DNA of 64,000 nucleotides, taken from the NCBI GenBank assembly GCA_045159875.1, contig CP067995.1, forward strand, positions 2,592,001-2,656,000, read 5' to 3'. A program made the position numbers and the translations under genes. Positions 36,416-46,895 of the stretch are shown here, piece after piece; within the stretch, counting starts at the first letter, position 1, and each line of letters begins with the position of its first letter. Source of the DNA: a cyanobacterium endosymbiont of Rhopalodia gibba. GTDB lineage: Bacteria > Cyanobacteriota > Cyanobacteriia > Cyanobacteriales > Microcystaceae. The notes below the pieces were generated by a model. The model was not told the origin of the DNA. It saw nothing but the letters and a program-made list of their open reading frames with translations, and ran no database searches.

Positions 36416-38143
36416 ATGTCTTCTTATGAACCTCTACATCATAAATACCGTCCCCAAACATTCGCTGATTTAGTGGGACAAGAAGCGATTACCACTACTT
36501 TAATAAATGCGATCATCTCCCGAAGAATTGCCCCTGCTTACTTGTTTACGGGGCCTAGGGGCACAGGGAAAACCTCCTCTGCACGAATTTTAGCCAAATC
36601 GCTTAATTGTCAACAAGTCGAAAATCCTACTTTCACCCCTTGTGGTAATTGTGAAGTATGTCGGACAATCACTAAAGGATCAGCTCTAGATATCATTGAA
36701 ATTGACGCAGCTAGTAACACAGGAGTCGATAATATTCGAGAAATTATCGAAAATGCACAATTTGCACCTGTTCAGTGCCGCTATAAGGTATACATCATTG
36801 ATGAATGTCATATGCTTAGTGTAGCGGCATTTAATGCTCTCCTCAAAACCTTAGAAGAACCCCCAGATCGAGTAATTTTTATCCTCGTCACCACCGATCC
36901 CCAAAGAGTTTTACCGACAATTATTTCTCGCTGTCAAAGGTTTGATTACCGACGTATTTCCATAGAAGCCATGGTGGGTCATTTAAGCAAAATTGCTCAT
37001 CAGGAAGCCATTGATATTGCCGATGAAGCTCTAACATTAGTCGCCCAAATTGCCAATGGGGGATTACGAGATGCTGAAAGTCTTATGGATCAATTAAGTC
37101 TATTATCGGGAACTATTACCTCAGAGAAAGTCTGGGATCTAGTTGGGGCAGTTTCTGAACAGGATTTATTGAAATTATTACAGGCGATTGCCTCAGATAC
37201 TCCAGAATCAGTTATAGATAACTGTCGTCATTTAATGAACCGGGGAAGAGAACCTTTAGTTGTCCTGCAGTACTTAGCAGGATTTTACCTCAACCTTTTG
37301 ATTGCCAAAACAGCCCCCAATCGCCCTGATATAGCAGCAGTAACAGCCACAACTTGGCAAGCTTTATCTACTGAAGCGCAAAAGTGGAAAGTTGAGACTA
37401 TTCTACAAGGACAACAACGTCTTAAAGAAAGTGAAGTTCAACTAAGGAATACTACTCAACCTCATTTATGGTTAGAAGTTACCCTTTTAAGTTTATTACC
37501 ATCAGCTTGTCATTCCCAAACCGTTTTCAAGTCTGATAACGAAATAGAAGTTAGAAGAGAGGAGGTAATAGACAAGAAACAGGAGATAACACTCACTATT
37601 TCTCCCTTGTCTAACTACACCTTTCAAATGCCCCAATCCTCCCAAGATTCTCATATCTCACAAGCGGAAAAGACGATAAAAGATGCAAAACTTAACGCTA
37701 CGGAAATATGGCCGTTAGTTTTAGGAGAATTACAACCTTTTTCTCAAGATTTAGTCAGATCTAATTGTCATCTTCTTAATTTAGATGAGTCAGCGGCCTA
37801 TATCGAAGTTCGTAGTCAAGGATTGCTCAAATTAGTCCAAGGAAAAATTTCTAATCTTGAAACAGCTTTTCTCGAGGTTTGCCAACGTCCTATTAAGGTT
37901 AATTTAAAAGTGGCTTCCTCTTTTAATAGAACTTCTAAAAGACCTCAAGCTATTGAACTGTCACCGTCAAATCTTCCTCCAGTCAACAATAACCAAACCT
38001 CAAAAGCAATTAATCCCCAACCAGTTACCCATTTTTATTCTTCTAACTCTAATAATAATGACTCAACATCTCAAGCTCCTCAATCTGAAATAAAATTACA
38101 ATCTCAAATAGAAATTGATTGTCTTAAAAAAAAACTGATTTAA
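36416..38143 (+). CDS. dnaX: DNA polymerase III subunit gamma/tau; zero-frame product ends just after an A9 tract
   Basis: KYRPQTF, GPRGTGKTS, DAASN, IIDECHML (no intein), SRC. ORF ends CTT AAA AAA AAA CTG ATT TAA. Confidence 0.96.
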   Translation: MSSYEPLHHKYRPQTFADLVGQEAITTTLINAIISRRIAPAYLFTGPRGTGKTSSARILAKSLNCQQVENPTFTPCGNCEVCRTITKGSALDIIEIDAASNTGVDNIREIIENAQFAPVQCRYKVYIIDECHMLSVAAFNALLKTLEEPPDRVIFILVTTDPQRVLPTIISRCQRFDYRRISIEAMVGHLSKIAHQEAIDIADEALTLVAQIANGGLRDAESLMDQLSLLSGTITSEKVWDLVGAVSEQDLLKLLQAIASDTPESVIDNCRHLMNRGREPLVVLQYLAGFYLNLLIAKTAPNRPDIAAVTATTWQALSTEAQKWKVETILQGQQRLKESEVQLRNTTQPHLWLEVTLLSLLPSACHSQTVFKSDNEIEVRREEVIDKKQEITLTISPLSNYTFQMPQSSQDSHISQAEKTIKDAKLNATEIWPLVLGELQPFSQDLVRSNCHLLNLDESAAYIEVRSQGLLKLVQGKISNLETAFLEVCQRPIKVNLKVASSFNRTSKRPQAIELSPSNLPPVNNNQTSKAINPQPVTHFYSSNSNNNDSTSQAPQSEIKLQSQIEIDCLKKKLI

Positions 38144-38664
38144 CTGAAATTTCTGGTAGTATTGCTGTTGAAGAAATTGAAAAAGCTGCTAAAAGTTTAG
38201 CTAAAATATTTGATGGAGAGATTATTAATTTATCTCATCAGTTTCACAGTGAATTTTCCAATCTTATTGAAAAAGATTTAGAAGTCAGTAAATATCATTC
38301 ATCCCCACCATCGCAATCATTTTGAAGAAATCATAAAGCTTAAAATCTTCTTGTTGCTAAAACGATTGGTCAACAACAATCAGAAATAAGAATAGAAAAT
38401 TCAGATTTAACTCAATCAAGTTCAGACTTGTTACATAAACCATTCTTAGAAGAATTAAGAATGTATAATAATCAGGTAACTGAATCAGTTGATTGGGAAA
38501 AACCTGATAAAATAGATGCGATTACTCAGAGGGTTAAATATAATTCATCTGCTTGAGATAAGCCATTAGAAATTCTACAATATAATACACAAGTAAACAA
38601 GTTAAAACCTTTTGCTCTAGGACGACCAGAAGTCATAGACAATGAAGAAGATTTCAAATGTTAA
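38134..38664 (+). other. dnaX: dnaX C-terminal tail in the -1 frame (open 38134-38325, then in-frame stops)
   Basis: TDLTEISGSIAVEEIEKAAKSLAKIFDGEIINL... with stops at 38323, 38341 and 38554, ending 'GRPEVIDNEEDFKC*' at 38664. Resembles cyanobacterial DnaX tails (AAxxLAxxFxGEI; acidic end). Confidence 0.8.
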
Positions 38665-38894
38665 CAAGGATGTATTTTTTGAATACATCTGTTATAGGTT
38701 AAAATGAAGGTGTATAGCTAAAACAAAAAAAAGTTTAATTCTATTAAAATATATTATATCTAATGAATTATCAATCAATCATTAATTGATAATTCCAAAT
38801 TTTTTTAAATTAAGTTTCTATGAGAAAAAGCAATCTATCAAATTTAGTTATGGATAATTTTTTTCCCAAAAATCCTCACCTGATGAATTAATAA

Positions 38895-39330
38895 ATGAAT
38901 TTAAATACGATTTTATGTTTACATCCGAATGATAAGCTAACCAGCAAATCAGATGTAATTTACTTTGAAAATTTGCACCATAACTCACGTGTAATTACTC
39001 ATCTAGGAGATAATCTAATTGGAAAAGGAGACGGAGGTGATGAGGAGATATTAGTCAATTTGCCTCAGGTTTCTGACACGATTTACAACTTGTTTTTTGT
39101 AGTTAATATCTTTAATTGGATTAAACAAAAACAAAACTTTGAACAGGTAGAAAATACTTTTGTACGATTAGTTGATTGAGAAAAAAATCAACTAATCGCT
39201 CATCATAACCTTTTTAGCTGTGAATACCAAGGAAACCCCGAAATAATTTTAGCAGAAGTTTATTGTCATAATACTGGGTGAAAAATGACTGCCGTTAGGG
39301 AAATAATTAATATTAAAAATATTTAAAAAA
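38895..39330 (+). pseudogene. terD: TerD-family protein pseudogene
   Basis: 'VIYFENL..ITHLGDNLIGKGDGGDEEILVNL..FFVVNIF..QNFEQVENTFVRLVD*', continuing '..ILAEVYCHNTG*KMTAV'. N-terminus eroded. Confidence 0.85.
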
Positions 39331-39379
39331 TCGTCAATTTTTATTTTTAAATTGCGAAATCTTAATTAATTTTCTTCTA

Positions 39380-40124
39380 AATAACTCATTTATTCTATTA
39401 TTTTTTAATGTAAATAAAAAATAATAGTTGTGGTAACATACCGATTTTTTTAGCCATATCCTTACGGGGTAACTTCTTAAACAATATACATCCAAGAGCA
39501 ACTTGTGTTTTATCTTTAAGCTAATTTATTGCCCGCTCTAATTATGGTATATCCTCTTATGGTAGGTGTTTAAGCTGGTTATTCTGATCGGTAATTTTAG
39601 TTATTCTAGAAAAGTTTTTATTTGCAAGGCTTCGAAATATCCTAAAAACTTGATTACATAAAGATTTAGCTTTTGGATCTGAATACAGTCATCATTAGAG
39701 TTTTAGGAATTACTAACTACTAATCTACCAGACCTAGTCTGGTTTGGAAAAACCGGAATTATTTCTTTAAAGCTAATAGAACAATTGCTCGCTAGATTAA
39801 GGGTTACATCTAAAACTAATTCGTATTCATGTTCATCCTCCTAAAGGAATATTTAACCCTGATGTAGGGAATAGCAAAAGAACTGAAAGCATACCTTTGA
39901 TGGGAATTAAATTGTTCAATGGTACAAATCAATCCTAAATAGCCAATTTGTGATAAATCTTCATAGAGTTCTGAACACTTATTGCTAACATGATAAGTAA
40001 CTTGAGGAACCAATCCAAATATGGTGACTCAACAGATTTATTACGCAAGGCCAGAGAGGAGTCCCGCGAATAAGTAATTAAAAGTTCCATGCCTTCCTTG
40101 TACATCATTCTACTTAGTTTCCAT
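39380..40124 (-). pseudogene. sigF: Group-3 sigma factor SigF pseudogene
   Basis: 'MELLITYSRDSSLALRNK', 'CSELYEDLSQIGYLGLICTIEQFNSHQRYAFSSFAIPYIR', and region-4 remnant 'LKDKTQVALGCILFKKLPRKDMAKKIG'. Frameshifts and stops. Confidence 0.88.
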
Positions 40125-40229
40125 TTATACCTCTGTTCTTGAACAATACCGGTAGCTTAAAAATAACTAATCTAGGTCATCAATTGTTCTATTCAGCAAA
40201 AATTAGGACTATCGGCATTACACGGAAAT

Positions 40230-40280
40230 CTTGCAAAACTCATGTATTTTCCTAAGGGGAAGATACATGAGTTTTGCAAG
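40230..40280. repeat. Inverted repeat, 23-bp arms with one mismatch, 5-nt loop
   Basis: cttgcaaaactcatgtattttcc-taagg-ggaagatacatgagttttgcaag. Confidence 0.93.
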
Positions 40281-40300
40281 GTTGAGAAAATGGCAGACTA

Positions 40301-40335
40301 ATCTTTAGTCAATTTTGTTGTAATTGACTAAAGAT
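40301..40335. repeat. Perfect inverted repeat, 14-bp arms
   Basis: atctttagtcaatt-ttgttgt-aattgactaaagat. Confidence 0.88.
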
Positions 40336-40471
40336 ATCTTCCTAACAAACCCAGATTCATCATGGATTCAAAAATTACATTCGATATTCCTGACTGGCTG
40401 TTCGGTCTCGATTTCAGCTATAAAACTTAAGTAAGTCCTTAAAACCAATTAGAGGTAGTAGAACATATTCT

Positions 40472-41200
40472 ATGAGTAACACCAGTGATTTTCGTAACGC
40501 CATCCGTGATGTTAAGGGTCAATCTCTTATTGGTCCCAATGTCATTGCTAACGCCCTACCCTATCTTGGAGGCGGATTGGTGCTGACAGCTGTTGGCACT
40601 TATGGGGGACTAGGGGTGATTCAATCCTATCCTAATCTATTTTTTCCCTCCTTAATCGCAGCATTTATTGTCGAGTTTGTCCTGTTTTTTGTTGCTTGTA
40701 ATATAGCTGAACAAGGCAATAATGGCACAGCTTTACCTTTACTAGCCCTTTATAGTCTTCTTTCTGGGTATACCCTTAGTGGGGTAATCTTTGTCGCTTT
40801 AGGAACTCAAGGAGTTGGGTTACAAGGTATTGCCGTTGCTGCTGGAGGTTGTGGTATTGCTTTTATAGCAGGTCGCAGTATTGGCTCCAATCTTTCTGAA
40901 CAAGATGGCATGGCTTTAACTAAAACCATTAGCTTAGGAGTTATTGCCCTATTAGTGGTAATGATTGCTCAAGTATTGTTTGCCATATTCGGGGTTTATA
41001 CACCGACTTGGTTAGACATTGCTATCTCTGGTATTGGGGTATTTCTGTTTGCTGGAGCCGCCGTGGTAGACTTTTATATTTTGCCCCGTACCTATCGTAA
41101 TGATCAGTATTTCTCGGCAGCCCTGTCGATGTACCTGACCTATATTAACCTGTTTATCTTCATCTTACGTCTTTTGATTGCTATCAACAGTCGCGACTAA
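40472..41200 (+). CDS. Bax inhibitor-1/YccA family membrane protein
   Basis: About 7 TM segments; C-terminal 'AALSMYLTYINLFIFILRLL'. Confidence 0.93.
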   Translation: MSNTSDFRNAIRDVKGQSLIGPNVIANALPYLGGGLVLTAVGTYGGLGVIQSYPNLFFPSLIAAFIVEFVLFFVACNIAEQGNNGTALPLLALYSLLSGYTLSGVIFVALGTQGVGLQGIAVAAGGCGIAFIAGRSIGSNLSEQDGMALTKTISLGVIALLVVMIAQVLFAIFGVYTPTWLDIAISGIGVFLFAGAAVVDFYILPRTYRNDQYFSAALSMYLTYINLFIFILRLLIAINSRD

Positions 41201-41204
41201 TCTA

Positions 41205-41253
41205 TTGGAGTAGAGGGAAGCACTTATTATTTGCGTGCTTCCCTCTACTCCAA
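41205..41253 (+). terminator. Perfect 19-bp stem hairpin 4 nt after the BI-1 stop; possible terminator
   Basis: ttggagtagagggaagcac-11 nt-gtgcttccctctactccaa. No clear + strand U tract follows. Confidence 0.6.
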
Positions 41254-41354
41254 AAATTGAAGCAGCCCTTTTTCTTCTCAATAACTATTCTCATAAAAAT
41301 GGTCTACTTTTAGTAGGTCAAGGATTGTAATTATTATTGTTTGATAAGCAATCT

Positions 41355-41525
41355 ATGCCAGACTCCCAATTCCAACCAACTAAAACCCCTAAACTCAGAG
41401 AACCGAAGTTTGATTTTAATGAATATACAAAACACCTCAATGTCCGTACCGCCATAATAGGATTTGTTCCGAGCCTACTCATTGAATATCTGACTGGTCA
41501 GGGCTTATTAAATTCGCTGGGTTGA
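41355..41525 (+). pseudogene. High-light-inducible protein (HLIP/SCP); frame open but chlorophyll-binding motif lost
   Basis: EPKFDFNEYTKHLNVRTAIIGF..LLIEYLTGQGLL vs consensus EPKFGFNxYAERLNGRAAMIGF..IEYLTGQG. Confidence 0.75.
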
Positions 41526-41697
41526 CAGTGAATAACCGTGCCGGAAAAAAGAACGTCATAAACTCTTCTCCCAGTCGTCAAGTCTGTTCCCTGATTAGTC
41601 TAAGGAATTTCTCCGATACCTGTTCAGTTTTGGGATAGCTTGAGATAAGCTGAAACAAGAATAGTTAATTAAAACAGCACAATATCAGTACATCATA

Positions 41698-41982
41698 ATG
41701 AATGTTTTTTTTCCTCGTTTTCTAAAAAGAGCTTACCGTAAAGAGCCAATTTCTAGCTTCATCTTAGTGGTAGGAGTGGTTGATTCGGTAATCGGGGGGG
41801 TATGGGAGAAGTCGACTTTACTGTCCTCTGGACTGGTGGTGGTTTTACTCTCTGTAATCCTACGCTACTGGCACACTCAAAAAGCCCAACATTTAGCGAG
41901 CGAAGATCCTCCCAGACGATACCTTCCCCTGAGTCCAATGCGATCACCTCTACCAAGATTAACTAATGATAAGCCTCGTTAA
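41698..41982 (+). CDS. Small conserved cyanobacterial membrane protein
   Basis: 'AYRKEPISSFILVVGVVDSVIGG', two TM segments, Pro-rich tail. Confidence 0.7.
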   Translation: MNVFFPRFLKRAYRKEPISSFILVVGVVDSVIGGVWEKSTLLSSGLVVVLLSVILRYWHTQKAQHLASEDPPRRYLPLSPMRSPLPRLTNDKPR

Positions 41983-42104
41983 TAAAAACTATAATTACTA
42001 AAGCTTTGCGGTAAACATTATTGTGACTGCCAAGAGATATTCTGAAAATTCTCTCCACATTGCAATATGAGATGAACAACTACTTAGTTTTTAAATTGTG
42101 ATTA

Positions 42105-42386
42105 ATGCCTCAAGATCAACAACATCCCCGGGAAAAAAAAGATCAAGCAGTGGTCAATGCCCTTCTCCAAGAAGAGGCTAATCCTCACAATCTAGCAGAA
42201 TTAGCTCGGTTGCGTATCCGCTACCATAAGTTTCCAGGGGCTAGGCAGCTCCAAAATGATCTAGAGTTACTATTGCAACAATGGGAACTGACCGAAGAAC
42301 AACTGTTCGAACAAACCCGTCAACTCCATGAAACTCGTCAAGTTTATCAACGTATTAAGGGCAAAAGTGCTCAGGATTGGAGTTGA
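42105..42386 (+). CDS. DUF3288 family protein
   Basis: DQQHP, NLAELARLRIRYHKFPGAR, C-terminal DWS. Confidence 0.88.
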   Translation: MPQDQQHPREKKDQAVVNALLQEEANPHNLAELARLRIRYHKFPGARQLQNDLELLLQQWELTEEQLFEQTRQLHETRQVYQRIKGKSAQDWS

Positions 42387-42489
42387 AAGCGAGGGGTTGG
42401 GTGGAGTACAGCCAGTTGCTTAGCACTCACCATAGCTTAAATGAGTGTGAAACAGAAAAGCAGTTAAAAAAGAGCCATCTCTAAATGGT

Positions 42490-43260
42490 AGCCTACCTAA
42501 AAGTTCGGCTGGTAGAATTATAAAAACGATGCCTAACCCTTTTCCACAGAAATAATCGTTCGATGAGGAGGATTACTGAAGATGATAGTTTTGTAGTCAA
42601 ATCTTACTTCTATCAGGTTTAATTCTGCATCAAAAATATGAGAATTCTTACTCCAAGGTTCTATACTCTTCATCGGAACAAATGACGTAGGGGGTAAGTT
42701 GTAAATCACAGGAGTGGCAAGATTATTATACACAATATCTGATATTATCCTTGCTAAGAGGATTTGTGAAATTTTAGTGGAAATAGCTTTGCTTGCCACT
42801 CTTGAGAATTGACATAGAACAAATTGTAATGTAACTATCTTAAAAGAACTGTTAGAAAAATCTGTTTTTTCAGCTAGACCATGTACCTATTGGACAATTT
42901 CTTGTTTTTCATCTTTGAATTTAGCCACCACAAACATCTAAGAATATTAAATTTAAACCCTCACACTGAGATATTATTCTGTTTTTGATTAAAGTAAAGG
43001 TGTAAGTCTAGAGCCGAAACCTCCATCGAATATCCTCGGCTTAAAACATCTTGAACAACCGTAAGGCTATAGAGCTTTAAAATTTCATACAGACTTTTTC
43101 GTAAGCAATTTTGAGCAATTTTGGGAGTTAAAGTCTCTTCCTTTCAAAATACTAAGAACATGAATAAGGCGGCGGAGTTAACTTCAAAGACTGCTTGCCA
43201 AAAGAAATCACCCTCATCATAAGCATGAAAAGAAAATAAATAGTACTCAGGATAGGTAAT
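42490..43260 (-). pseudogene. Unidentified decayed gene
   Basis: Long mostly open minus-strand stretch (includes track ORF 42533-42799) with scattered stops and a 10-bp tandem duplication at 43104-43123. Confidence 0.45.
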
Positions 43261-44249
43261 GTTATAATGAGCAATTTATTTTAATGAGCTTTGCTTAAAT
43301 GATTTCTGATGGAATCAGAAAATTAATATAATACTGAGTTATTTTTTAAAATTTTAAGATTGTAATATGGATATACTTTTGATAGGTTTAACTCTAATTT
43401 TTTTTTCAAAAATTATCCACTCAAGTACGTTTTTATATTATTGTTACTAACATTTGATATTTATTATCAAATATTAGTACTTTCTGATTTAGCTTTTAGT
43501 TTGCAAACTAGCCCCAAATTATTTTTGAAGACAGCTATTAGAGTTAATCACTGTTGGATCTATCATTTCCATACAAATTTTAGGATTAATCAAATTACTA
43601 TGAGTCGCAGTTACAGTCAATTTTTAACCTTGTCAGGTTAAACTATCCACACTCACTAGTCCTAATAACCCAATGGTTGTAGCTGCTGGGATACAAGGTG
43701 AGATATTAAACGTTGAACTCAATAAGACTTGATAAAATTATAACAGACACAGCAAATACTATTAAATTTAATGAAGTTTACTCTATTGCTTGAAATTAGT
43801 TAATAATAGCCTTGATTGAGTTATCTAGTAACTATAATTGATTTCTAACAAAAAAGTTTAATGTAAGTGCTAAGGCAAGATATCAACAGTATGTCAATGA
43901 CAATTAGGAAAAGTTTGGTGTAGTTCTTTAAAACTATTCTAGTCTGAACTCTAAATGTTGCAAGTAGAATCTATGCAAGAAAAATTTATGATTCTTAAAT
44001 CTTTCAATAAAATAATTTAGTTTTTTTTTATAAAAGTCTTTAAATAGTAGTTAAGTACATATTTGATATATAGGTTTTTAAGAACACTAATAATTAGTAA
44101 TTGGAAGATTTTTATTATTGAAAATAGGTTTAAACTCACAATATTTTGTATTAACTATTTTTTGCAATAAAAAAGTTAGTTATGGGTAGCAACTTTGATT
44201 CTTAAAAAGACAATTATTATTCAATATGTCATTGACATTATGATTTATA

Positions 44250-44790
44250 CTTTCTCTCTCCCTGTCAGAAATGATTCATTACCGTTACCAATTGGCAAAG
44301 TATCTTGATGCCCTAATAGTTTTAGATGAGATTGTCGTCGTCTGTGATGAAGATTTAGAAGATATTGCTATTAACTTTGTGCTCGCCGTTGGACAATAGA
44401 TTCTTTATAGAGATTAGCCAAAAGACATCGGGCAGAAATTCGCCGATAAACAATCTCAGAAGAACTCTCTCAAGAATATTTAATCTTTTCCATTTATGTT
44501 TTAACTCGATAATTATACGAAAACCTTTAAATCTAAGAAAAAATAATGAAAGACCCTTGGGCGTCTTACCTTGTTTCGACTCCAAAGGTCTTTACATATC
44601 ACTTTTACTCCTCACACACAATGTGAGCATATCAAACTCAGCAATAATATTTAAGGAAAAACATGACAGTTTATTGATTGTCACAAGAAAAAAATAGCTC
44701 AGAGAGCTTAGTCTAGATTATTGATCATCATTCTACAAGAAATATCGGGTGAGCATAGAAGTTATCGAGGCGTTCTTATTTCTTTTTAGT
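44250..44790 (-). pseudogene. Conserved cyanobacterial hypothetical protein pseudogene
   Basis: One frame reads LFFSCDNQ*TVMFFLKYY...FGVETR*DAQGS...RFSYNYRV..KYS*ESSSEIVYRRISA..LANLYKESIVQRR..YLLNLHHRRRQSHLKL, with many nonsense codons but a conserved register. Confidence 0.6.
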
Positions 44791-44918
44791 TAGGAGATAG
44801 TTAATACGTGAAAAAGCAGGTCATTACCCCCCGACTCATTTACGACTTAAATGAGTAAAGAAAAATTTTGTATTGATTATCAAGGATATTTAACTATAAT
44901 TTTAGGATATCATAAATT

Positions 44919-45810
44919 ATGGGTATAAAAATTGAAAAAAATTAAATATTTTTACTCAAAACTCAAGTATCAACTGATAAAACTACTCCATAAACCTCTT
45001 TATTGATTAGTAACATTGGCTGCTGCCCTGGTGACTCTTTATCTAACCATACTTGATCCGTTTAATAAACCTAATTTAATGAGTTTAAGCATCCTCGTAT
45101 GGTTGACTATTGTTTTCCTAATTTTGTACAAAAAAGAGCAATTTCAGTCAGATAGTCGAATATTGTAAACTTTTTTAGGAGAAATTTTAATTATCGGTAT
45201 ATTACTCAGAAATATTTTTTCTGCTGGTTATCATCTACTTATTTCACCGTTAATATCTGGACTAGGATTAGTTTTAATGGTATCAGGAATAAAGGTATTA
45301 AATCAATATTCAAAAGAATTATTTGTTCTTCTGTTATTGGCTGTATATTCTACTACATCAGTTTTAAATGCGATCAATTTATTACTCTTAACGGCTAAAT
45401 ACTCTAATATTTTTCTGCTAGCAATAGGCTTTAATTCTTATAGAAAAAGAATCTCTATTGTACTACCAACAGGTTGAATGTAAGTCTACAGAGCTAGTTC
45501 TGGTGTTGAGAGTATTATGGTGATATTTTTTGTTTCCATTCTCTTCTTATTTATTCTTTCTGTCAATCGAACTCACCAGTCTGTGTGATCAAAGCAGTGT
45601 TATTAGACTTTGTAACCCATGTTATTAAGGTTTCTGTAATTGCAGTTTTAGTGGGGTTTCCTGACGGGGAAGCTTTTGAATACTTGCATTAAGATGCTGG
45701 AAATCTTGTATTTTTCTTAGCATCAGTATTAATATTTGGGATATTTTATTGGTTATTTATTTTATGTACGTCCAAAAAACTTTGCTTCTCACTTAAAATA
45801 AAGAGATTAA
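44919..45810 (+). pseudogene. crtA: Cyanoexosortase A pseudogene
   Basis: 'SPLISGLGLVLMVSGIKVLNQYSKEL', 'LPTG*M*VYRASSGVESI' (cf. LPTGxVEVYxACSG), 'HVIKVSVIAVLV' (cf. NxIRV), 'EAFEYLH*DAGNLVF' (cf. AFEYWHxGxG). Confidence 0.87.
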
Positions 45811-45979
45811 TTTTGGATAGCCAATTTTAGAAAATATTCCTGACTATGATTCACTTAAAAACATTCCTGCTCTAGAAAAAGTCAAGGAAGATATTCAAGT
45901 ATCTTAATTGATTTAACTTAACTCATCATAAAAAAACTGATAATAAGTGTATAACACAAGAGTAAGTAAGTTAACTCTT

Positions 45980-46690
45980 ATGAAGAATGCTTCCTATGAA
46001 ATTGTAAGAATTAGGGTAGCTGCTGTCCTTTGAGTAGGGAGTATTGGAGTTTTTATTGGTACTTTTCTGGTTTCTCCTGTTCAAGAGAATAAATCTACGG
46101 TATTATCTTTGGAGTTTCCCTCTTCGATTCCTTTAGTTAAATTGCACTAGTGGCAGAGAATTTGCCAAAAAGGTAATTTTCCCCAAAAAAAAGAAAGAGT
46201 TACCAATACAAACATAGTGACAACATAGTAACAACCAGAAAGATATAGAGACAAAAGCCAGTTATCGTCGATATGATGGGGCAAACGTCAGTCGTTTGCT
46301 TTTTAAAGAAGCTTCTATTCTACCAACAACTATATTAATAAGGATGAAACAATAAAAACAACATTGGATTTTATGGAATATTTAAATATAACAAGAGAGC
46401 TTACTTAACCGGTTATATCAATTAAACTGGGAAAAGTACTTTAACTTATGCACAACATACTCAAAATAAGCCTAAATATAATTAGAACATACAACGAACT
46501 CTATTTTTGTTTATTGATTACAAAAAATTATTTGAGATAGCTTATTTGTAGACTTTAATTTCAAGTTCCGTCGCTTCCAATTTAGACTTTACAGCTTTAG
46601 CGAAGACCTATCAAAACCTAGAAACAGTTTGGGTTAAATGGTATAGTTTTTCGAGGACTAAATTAGTGCTACTGAGCTTGAGATAGTAAA
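45980..46690 (+). pseudogene. Cyanoexosortase A system-associated protein pseudogene
   Basis: 'FPSSIPL', 'NVSRLL', 'IGFYGIFKYNKRAYLTGYIN*TGKSTLTYAQHTQNK' (cf. AYLSACINPRGxSTVTxxQFxQN), 'YQNLETVWVKWY'. Directly downstream of crtA. Confidence 0.82.
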
Positions 46691-46895
46691 AAGTGGCTGA
46701 ATTCTAAGACAACCTATATTGAACAATAAATTTAAATTTTAACAATAAGCGAACTATTGGAAATTTAAACAATTCCTGAATGAGACCTCCAAAACGTTAA
46801 TATTAGTGGTCTTACACTATCAGGTTCGGTATAATCTCGAAATTAGCAACAAAAGAACTACAATAGAGGATATTCACCTAAGATTGTGTCAAGAT

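Noticed and set aside
36780..36830. DnaX intein
   Set aside because: IIDECHMLS is contiguous, so there is no insertion.
42490..43260. CO2-hydration protein (CupA/CupB) pseudogene
   Set aside because: Only short eyeball similarities (LCQFSRV vs LGQFWRV). Not enough without a search.
12788..43641. Short ORFs in AT-rich DNA (12788-12970, 18066-18266, 20997-21179, 22067-22309, 36109-36306, 43441-43641)
   Set aside because: Mostly I/K/F/N-biased chance frames. 12788-12970 is antisense to the pentapeptide pseudogene, and 36109-36306 runs through a 27-bp inverted repeat.
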